From positions 1 to 31,777 of the forward strand of contig DATBIZ010000404.1 of the NCBI GenBank assembly GCA_036556645.1: a stretch of DNA of 31,777 nucleotides, given 5' to 3'. The notes beneath the pieces are model-generated. The model worked only from the letters and a program-made list of their open reading frames with translations, was not told the origin of the DNA and did no database searches. Shown piece by piece: positions 26,075-31,777 of the stretch. The stretch is from Vicinamibacteria bacterium (GTDB lineage: Bacteria; Acidobacteriota; Vicinamibacteria; Fen-336). The position numbers were made by a program, and so were the translations under genes. Positions within the stretch are counted from its first letter, which is position 1. The number at the start of each line of letters is the position of its first letter.

Positions 26075-27169
26075 CTAGCCGGCCCCGCCCGAACGTTCGC
26101 CGAGGCCCTTGGCCAGCTCCACCGCCAGGAACGGGTTGCGCAGCATCACCGCGCGCAGCGCGGTGCCGTCCAGCGCGAGAAGCTCCGCGTCCTCCACGAC
26201 GCGGGCCGAGTGGTTGCGCGGTTCGCCGACCAGCGCGCTGGTGACCCCGAAATGCCCGCCCGCGCGCACGGACGTCTTCGCGCCGCCCGGGGTGACCAGC
26301 TCCACCGTTCCGGCGCGCAGGACGTACAGGCGGTCGCCGGGGTCGCCCACCCGGTAGATGGCCTCGCCCGCGCGGGACTTCGCGAAGCGCGCGCCCACCG
26401 CGAGGTCGGCCAGGTCCCCGCGGGAGATGCCGGAGAACAGGCCGACCAGCGCGAGCGCCTCCACCGCGTCGGGCTCCTGCTCGCCCTGGCCGCCGGGGCG
26501 GGTGGAGGTCACGAACTGCAGCACCTCCGGCAGGTCGGGCCGGTGCGCGGCCAGGATCACGTTCGCGCCCGCGTCGATCACCGTGCTGCCCTCGGTGACG
26601 GCGACCTCGCCCATCTGCGACTCCACCGCGATGAACACGCAGTTGCGGGGGAACCCCGGCCGCCGCACGATCTCGGAGACCTTCAGCCCCGCCACCGGCG
26701 AGCCGGCCGGGATGCGCACGTCGAAGGCGACGATGTCGTGCCGGCCCACCTGCATCAGGGCGCCGATGGCCGGGAACTCGATCGAGGTGAGGAAGGAGCT
26801 GACCAGGATGTCGGCCTCGCTGTGGATCTTGGTGGCGCCGACCAGCCGGTAGGGGACCTCGTATTGGGGGTTGAGCATGCGGGCGAGCACGCGCGGCACG
26901 CCGTAGTAGCGGGCGAGCAGGCAGAAGGCGAGGTTGTCCGCGTCGCGGCCCATCATCGCCACCGCCACGTCCGCGCGCTTGATCCCGGCGCGCTCGAGCA
27001 CGTCCATGTCCGTGGCGCTGCCGGTGGACACCACCACGCCCTGCTCCTCGAAGATGCGGTCCGTCACCTCGCGCGAGACGTCGATGACGACGGTGTCGTG
27101 GCCGTGCGCGACCAGGCGCGTGACCAGGTGCGTGCCCATGTGCCCGGCCCCCGCCACCACCACGTACAC
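26075..27169 (-). CDS. TrkA/KtrA-like RCK_N-RCK_C protein fused to a C-terminal cyclic-nucleotide-binding domain
   Basis: 364 aa from GTG 27169, 2 nt after the CPA1 stop. GAGHMG Rossmann motif, VVID, GSATD..LERAGI..AD, DADNL, RCK_C (IPAGSPVAGLKV), then CNBD (IYRVGDPGDRLYVLRAGTV...HFGVTSALVGEPRNHSARVVEDAELLAL). Confidence 0.85.
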   Translation of the reverse strand: MYVVVAGAGHMGTHLVTRLVAHGHDTVVIDVSREVTDRIFEEQGVVVSTGSATDMDVLERAGIKRADVAVAMMGRDADNLAFCLLARYYGVPRVLARMLNPQYEVPYRLVGATKIHSEADILVSSFLTSIEFPAIGALMQVGRHDIVAFDVRIPAGSPVAGLKVSEIVRRPGFPRNCVFIAVESQMGEVAVTEGSTVIDAGANVILAAHRPDLPEVLQFVTSTRPGGQGEQEPDAVEALALVGLFSGISRGDLADLAVGARFAKSRAGEAIYRVGDPGDRLYVLRAGTVELVTPGGAKTSVRAGGHFGVTSALVGEPRNHSARVVEDAELLALDGTALRAVMLRNPFLAVELAKGLGERSGGAG

Positions 27170-27171
27170 CC

Positions 27172-28710
27172 CTACCCCCTCTCCTCGAGATCGGACAACG
27201 CGGCCAGCGACTCGTCGATGTGGGCGGCGAGCGCCGCTCCGCCCTCGTCGCTCAGGATCCCGGAGCCGACCGCGTCCTGGATCGCGCTCTTCTCCACGGC
27301 GAGGAGCCGGCGGCGGACGGCGCGGGTCTGGCGCTGCTCCTCGCCGGAGTGCGCCACGAGCAGGTCCTGCAGGTGCCGTTCCGAGCGCGCGATCACCCCC
27401 TGGTACGCGGCGCGCAGGCGCTGGAAGAGGCCGAGCGGCACCAGGCCCAGGCGCTGCAGCCGGTCCAGCTCGGCCTGCGCGGCGCGGGCGGCCAGGAGGC
27501 GGCCCTGCTCCTGCTCCAGCCGGCGCGCTTCGGGCGAGCCGGCGACGCCGAGCCAGCGCGCCACCGGCGCCAGCGTCAGGCCCTGCACGGTGAGGGTCAC
27601 CAGCGCGCAGCCGAAGACGACCGCGCGCAGCAGCGGCCGCTCCGGCAGCCATTGGGGCAGGCTCAGCACCAGGGCCATCGAGAGGCTGCCCTTGAGGTTG
27701 CCCCAGACCATCAGGTGCTGCCAGGGCAGGGGCACCGGCGTGCCGCGGCGGTGGAGCAGCGACAGGAACGGGTAGATCGCGGCGGCGCGCCCTGCGGTCA
27801 GCGCCAGCAGCCCCCACCCGATCGCCGGCGCGGCGGCGAGCAGCGTCGCGAACTCGATCTGCAGGCCGACGAGCAGGAACACGACGCTGTTCACCCCGAA
27901 CGCCGCCACCTCCCACACCGAGCGGATCGCCACCTTGCCGGTCGGGGTCACCGCGTCCCAGCCGGCGGCGCGGACGGTGATGCCCGCGGCGACCACGGCC
28001 AGGATCGGCGACGCCCCCAGCGCCTCCGCGATCGCGGACGAGGCGTAGGTCACGATCACCGTGACCATGATCTCCATCAGGTGGTCGTCGATCCGCCGCA
28101 TCACGTGCGAGGCCGCGTAGCCGACCGCGACCCCGACCAGCAGGCCGGCGGCCGTCACCCACACCAGCTCCACGAAGCCGACCGCGGGATCGAAACGGCC
28201 GCGCTGGATCACCGCCAGCACGGTCGTGAACGCGACCAGGGCGGTGCCGTCGTTGAAGAGGCTCTCGTTCTCGACGATGGTGGCCAGCCGCGGCGGCACG
28301 CGGACCTTCCGGAACCCCGCGATCACCGCGATGGTGTCGGTGGTGGCGAGGATGCAGCCGAGGAGCAGGGCCACGCCCCAGTCCAGGCCGAGCCCCGCGC
28401 GCACGACCGCGCCGGTGACGAACACGGTGGCGAGCATGCCCGGCACCGCCAGCAGCACCACCGGGGCCAGGTTGTCGCGCAGGCGGGCCAGGTCGGTGGA
28501 GAGCGCGGCTTCGAAGAGCAGGATCGGCAGCAGCACGCGCAGCACGACGTCGGCGTCCAGGGCCACGTGCGGCACGAGCTGCGACGCGCCGAGCGCCACG
28601 CCGGCCAGCACCAGCGCGATGTTGTAGTGGATGCGCAGGCGCTTCGCGGCGAGGGCCACCACCGCGGCCACCAGCAGCAGCTCGACGACGACGGTGATCT
28701 CCCCGTGCAT
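27172..28710 (-). CDS. CPA1-family Na+(K+)/H+ antiporter (NhaP-like)
   Basis: 512 aa. LLPILLFEAA, TDTIAV, ENESLFNDG (CPA1 ESxxND motif), WEVAAF..NS..FLLVGL, soluble helical C-terminal tail. Confidence 0.92.
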   Translation of the reverse strand: MHGEITVVVELLLVAAVVALAAKRLRIHYNIALVLAGVALGASQLVPHVALDADVVLRVLLPILLFEAALSTDLARLRDNLAPVVLLAVPGMLATVFVTGAVVRAGLGLDWGVALLLGCILATTDTIAVIAGFRKVRVPPRLATIVENESLFNDGTALVAFTTVLAVIQRGRFDPAVGFVELVWVTAAGLLVGVAVGYAASHVMRRIDDHLMEIMVTVIVTYASSAIAEALGASPILAVVAAGITVRAAGWDAVTPTGKVAIRSVWEVAAFGVNSVVFLLVGLQIEFATLLAAAPAIGWGLLALTAGRAAAIYPFLSLLHRRGTPVPLPWQHLMVWGNLKGSLSMALVLSLPQWLPERPLLRAVVFGCALVTLTVQGLTLAPVARWLGVAGSPEARRLEQEQGRLLAARAAQAELDRLQRLGLVPLGLFQRLRAAYQGVIARSERHLQDLLVAHSGEEQRQTRAVRRRLLAVEKSAIQDAVGSGILSDEGGAALAAHIDESLAALSDLEERG

Positions 28711-28721
28711 AACCGGCCGCG

Positions 28722-28778
28722 ATGATAGCGCGCAGACCGCGGCCCGGTTCGATTCGGGCGTGACTCTCCTCTAGAATA
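28722..28778. promoter_or_regulatory. Divergent -10 elements for the CPA1 operon (-) and the ALDH operon (+)
   Basis: Minus TATCAT (28727-28722), 11 nt before ATG 28710. Plus TAGAAT (28772-28777), which overlaps a minus-strand TATTCT (28778-28773). Confidence 0.5.
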
Positions 28779-28817
28779 GGCGCCGCGCGGGGCACGGCCA
28801 TCCCGCAAGAGGTCCCG

Positions 28818-30389
28818 GTGAGCACGACGGGTGAGCGCGTCACCTACGCGACCCTGGCCGCGGGCCAGACCGAAGACTTCCGCCGCAGGTTCGACGAGGC
28901 GGTGGCACGCCTGCGCGCGGGGCTCGGCGGGACGCACCCGCACCGGATCGCCGGCGGAGGCGCGGGCGGGGGCGCGGCGACCTTCGAGGACCGCAGCCCC
29001 GCCGACACCCGCCAAGTGATCGGCCGGTTCCCCGCCGGCACCGCCCAGGACGTGGACCACGCGGTGGCGGCCGCCCGCCGCGCCGTCCCGGCCTGGCGCG
29101 CGCGCGGCTGGCGCGAGCGCGCGGCGATCCTGCGCCGCGCCGCCGACCTGATCGAGGAGCGCGGCTTCGACCTCTCCGCGCTGGTGTCGCTCGAGGCCGG
29201 CAAGAGCCGGCTCGAGGCCATGGGCGACGTGACCGAGACCGCCGATCTCGTCCGCTACTACTGCGACCAGATGGAGGCGGCCGGCGGGTTCGAGCGCGCG
29301 ATGGCGCGCTTCTCCCCGCAGGAGGAGACGCGCTCGGTGCTCCGGCCCTACGGCGTGTGGGCGGTGATCAGCCCCTTCAACTTCCCGGCCGCGCTTTCCG
29401 GCGGCCCGGCCGGCGGCGCGCTGGTGGCCGGCAACACGGTGGTGCTCAAGCCGAGCCAGGAGACGCCCCTCACCGCCGATGCGCTGTGGCGGGTGTTCGC
29501 GGACGCCGGCCTGCCCGAGGACGTGCTGCAGGTGGTGCACGGGCCGGGCGCGACCGGCGAGATGCTGGCGCGGCACCCCGGCGTGGACGGGCTGCTCTTC
29601 ACCGGCTCGAAGGCGGTCGGCATGTCGCTGATAGAGGGGTTCGCGCGCGAGTTCCCCCGGCCGATCATCACGGAGATGGGGGGCAAGAACCCCGCGATCG
29701 TGATGCCCTCCGCCGACCTCGACGCTGCGGCCGAGGGCGTGATGCGCTCGGCCTTCGGCCTGCAGGGGCAGAAGTGCTCCGCCTGCTCGCGCGTGTACCT
29801 GCACCGCGACGTGAAGCAGGCCTTCCTCGACCTGCTCCTCGACCGGACCGCGCGGCTCACCGTCGGCGATCCCACCCGTCACGGCGTGTTCCTCGGCCCG
29901 GTGATCCACGAGCGCGCGTACGCCGCCTATCTGCGCCACGCCGAGGCCGCGCGGCGCGACGGCCGCGTGCTGGCCGGGGGGAAGGCGCTGCGCGAGGGCG
30001 ACCTCGCGCACGGCTACTTCGTCGCGCCCACGGTCGTGGACGGGCTCTCGCAGGACCACCCGCTCTTCCGCGAGGAGCTGTTCGTCCCGCTCCTCTGCGT
30101 GGCCGAGGTGCGCTCGCTCGACGAGGCGCTGGAGTGGGCCAACCGCACCGAATACGGGCTCACCGCCGGGATCTTCAGCGGCGAGCCGGCCGAGGTGGAC
30201 GCGTTCCTCGACCGCATCGAGGCCGGCGTCGTCTACGTGAACCGGCGGGCGGGCGCCACCACGGGCGCCTGGCCGGGGGTCCAGCCGTTCGGCGGGTGGA
30301 AGGGCAGCGGCTCGTCCGGCAAGGCGTCGGGCGGCCTCTACTACGTCCAGCAGTTCATGCGCGAGCAGAGCCGTACCATCGTCCATTAA
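28818..30389 (+). CDS. NAD(P)+-dependent aldehyde dehydrogenase, P5C-dehydrogenase (RocA)-like
   Basis: 523 aa. ISPFNFP, VLKPS, FTGS, EMGGKN, QGQKCSACSR (catalytic Cys), EELF, YGLTAG, QPFGGWKGSG. Confidence 0.9.
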   Translation: MSTTGERVTYATLAAGQTEDFRRRFDEAVARLRAGLGGTHPHRIAGGGAGGGAATFEDRSPADTRQVIGRFPAGTAQDVDHAVAAARRAVPAWRARGWRERAAILRRAADLIEERGFDLSALVSLEAGKSRLEAMGDVTETADLVRYYCDQMEAAGGFERAMARFSPQEETRSVLRPYGVWAVISPFNFPAALSGGPAGGALVAGNTVVLKPSQETPLTADALWRVFADAGLPEDVLQVVHGPGATGEMLARHPGVDGLLFTGSKAVGMSLIEGFAREFPRPIITEMGGKNPAIVMPSADLDAAAEGVMRSAFGLQGQKCSACSRVYLHRDVKQAFLDLLLDRTARLTVGDPTRHGVFLGPVIHERAYAAYLRHAEAARRDGRVLAGGKALREGDLAHGYFVAPTVVDGLSQDHPLFREELFVPLLCVAEVRSLDEALEWANRTEYGLTAGIFSGEPAEVDAFLDRIEAGVVYVNRRAGATTGAWPGVQPFGGWKGSGSSGKASGGLYYVQQFMREQSRTIVH

Positions 30390-30393
30390 CGAG

Positions 30394-31713
30394 GTGCAGC
30401 TCCCCTCGCTCGTCTTCCATCGTGCCGCCGGCCGCGAGTTGCCGGCGATCTCGCACGGCCGCGGCGCGTCGCTCTGGGACCGCGCGGGGCGGCGCTACCT
30501 CGACGGCTCGGGCGGCGCGGTGGTGGTCAACATCGGCCACGGCCGCGAGGAGGTCGGCGCGGCCATGGCGCGGCAGGCCGCCGCCGCCGCCTACGTGCAC
30601 GGCACCCAGTTCACCAGCGACGTGCTCGAGGACTACGCGCGGCGGCTGGCCGCGCACGCGGTGGGCGACTGCCGGCGGCTCTACCTGGTCTCCGGCGGCT
30701 CGGAGGCGAACGAGACCGCGGTCAAGCTCGCGCGCGCCTGGCACGTCGCGCGCGGGGACACGCCGCGGCACAAGGTGCTCCGCCGGTCCACGTCGTACCA
30801 CGGCAGCACGCTGGCCACGCTGTCGCTCTCCGGCCGGCCCACGCTGCAGGCGCCCTATCGGCCGCTGCTGACCGACCAGCCGCAGGCGCGCGCGCCGTTC
30901 TGCTACCACTGCCCGCTCGACCGCGCCTGGCCGGAGTGCGAGGTCGCCTGCGCCGGGGACCTCGAGGAGGTGATCGCGCGCGAGGGCCCCGGCACCATCG
31001 CCGCCTACGTCGCGGAGCCGATCCTCGGCGCGTCGGCGGGCGCGGCCGTCCCGCCCGAGGAGTACGCGCGGCGCGCGCGCGAGGCCTGCACGCGCCACGG
31101 GATCCTCTACATCGACGACGAGGTGATGACCGGCTTCGGCCGCACCGGCCGCTTCTTCGCCATCGAGTGGAGCGGCGTGGCGCCGGACCTGATGACGTGC
31201 GGGAAGGGCATGAGCGGCGGGTACATGCCGGTGGGCGCGGTCCTGGCCAGCGAGCGCATCGTGCGCGAGGTGGAGGCGGCGGGCGGCTTCACGCACGGCT
31301 TCACCTTCTCGCACAACCCGGTGACCGCGGCGGCGTGCCTGGAGACGCTCGACATCCTCGAGCGCGAGGCCCTCGTGGAGCGCGCGCGCGAGACCGGGGA
31401 GCGGGCGCTGCGGCTCTTCTCGTCGCTGCTCGCGCACCCCCACGTCGGGGACGTGCGCGGCCGCGGGTTGATGATCGGGATCGAGATCGTGAGCGACAAG
31501 GCCGCGCGCCGGCCCTTCCCCAGGGCGGAGCGCCGGGCCGAACGCCTGGCCGCGCGCGCGTTCGCGGCCGGGCTCGTCACCTATCCGAGCGGCGGATGCC
31601 TCGGCACCGAGGGCGACGTCGTCATGCTGGCTCCACCGTTCGTGGTCACGGAGGAGGAGCTGTCCGAGATGGCGAAGATCCTGGACGAATCCCTGACCGC
31701 GGAGAGGCTGTGA
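30394..31713 (+). CDS. Class III PLP-dependent aminotransferase
   Basis: 439 aa. YLDGSGG...NIGHG, SGGSEANETA, SYHG, DEVMTGFGRTG, GKGMSGG (PLP Lys), HGFTF, RGRGLM. Confidence 0.93.
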   Translation: MQLPSLVFHRAAGRELPAISHGRGASLWDRAGRRYLDGSGGAVVVNIGHGREEVGAAMARQAAAAAYVHGTQFTSDVLEDYARRLAAHAVGDCRRLYLVSGGSEANETAVKLARAWHVARGDTPRHKVLRRSTSYHGSTLATLSLSGRPTLQAPYRPLLTDQPQARAPFCYHCPLDRAWPECEVACAGDLEEVIAREGPGTIAAYVAEPILGASAGAAVPPEEYARRAREACTRHGILYIDDEVMTGFGRTGRFFAIEWSGVAPDLMTCGKGMSGGYMPVGAVLASERIVREVEAAGGFTHGFTFSHNPVTAAACLETLDILEREALVERARETGERALRLFSSLLAHPHVGDVRGRGLMIGIEIVSDKAARRPFPRAERRAERLAARAFAAGLVTYPSGGCLGTEGDVVMLAPPFVVTEEELSEMAKILDESLTAERL

Positions 31714-31718
31714 GGATC

Positions 31719-31777
31719 GTGGCCTGCCCGCGGTGCCCCGAAGGCGTGCTGTTCCCGACCTCGGCCGCCGAGCGCTC
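31719..31777 (+). CDS. Probable start of a CxxC (zinc-ribbon-like) protein, truncated by the window end
   Basis: GTG 5 nt after the aminotransferase stop reads MACPRCPEGVLFPTSAAER. Only 19 codons visible. Confidence 0.4.
   Translation, partial: MACPRCPEGVLFPTSAAER

Noticed and set aside
26075-27172. Calling the RCK gene trkA of a Trk/Ktr K+ channel
   Set aside because: No TrkH/KtrB pore in the window, single RCK pair plus CNBD architecture, and coupling to a CPA1. Gene symbol withheld.
26075-28843. 922-aa ORF implying a long N-terminal extension on TrkA-CNBD
   Set aside because: The extension is an alternate frame of the CPA1 gene. The Rossmann motif starts right after GTG 27169. No slippery site was noticed to support a frameshift fusion.

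Overview
High-GC (roughly 70-75%) bacterial chromosomal window, probably from an Acidobacteriota (Vicinamibacteria-like) genome; the taxon is inferred from the Oar-type TonB-dependent receptor, the 'sulfatase'-TPR lipoprotein and codon style. It holds about 28 genes, one tRNA-Ala(GGC), and no CRISPR array, rRNA or intact transposase/integrase. The left ~415 bp, just past the tRNA 3' end, looks like decayed island edge: the start of a FitA-like antitoxin (missed by the ORF track) abutting a doubly deleted alcohol dehydrogenase. The rest is core-like: AKR; ECF sigma/ZAS anti-sigma with a recognisable autoregulatory promoter; MerR-like HTH plus PAS hybrid kinase with a pseudo-receiver; 2Fe-2S ferredoxin; DUF4412; rhodanese; serine hydrolase; rfbAC; a Thr-motif 'sulfatase'-TPR lipoprotein; SIMPL; a TBDR/GNAT/APC permease/M28 peptidase cluster; YihY; ALDH plus class III aminotransferase. 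The best candidate for an undescribed system is the ion-homeostasis locus at 22281-28710. One operon encodes a catalytically dead HtrA-like 2xPDZ membrane protein translationally coupled to two dissimilar CPA2 antiporters. It converges on a CPA1 antiporter operon whose partner is an RCK_N-RCK_C-cyclic-nucleotide-binding fusion with a non-canonical binding cassette. Many genes also appear to have leaderless or very short-leader transcripts. All family assignments come from motif recognition by eye, with no database searches.
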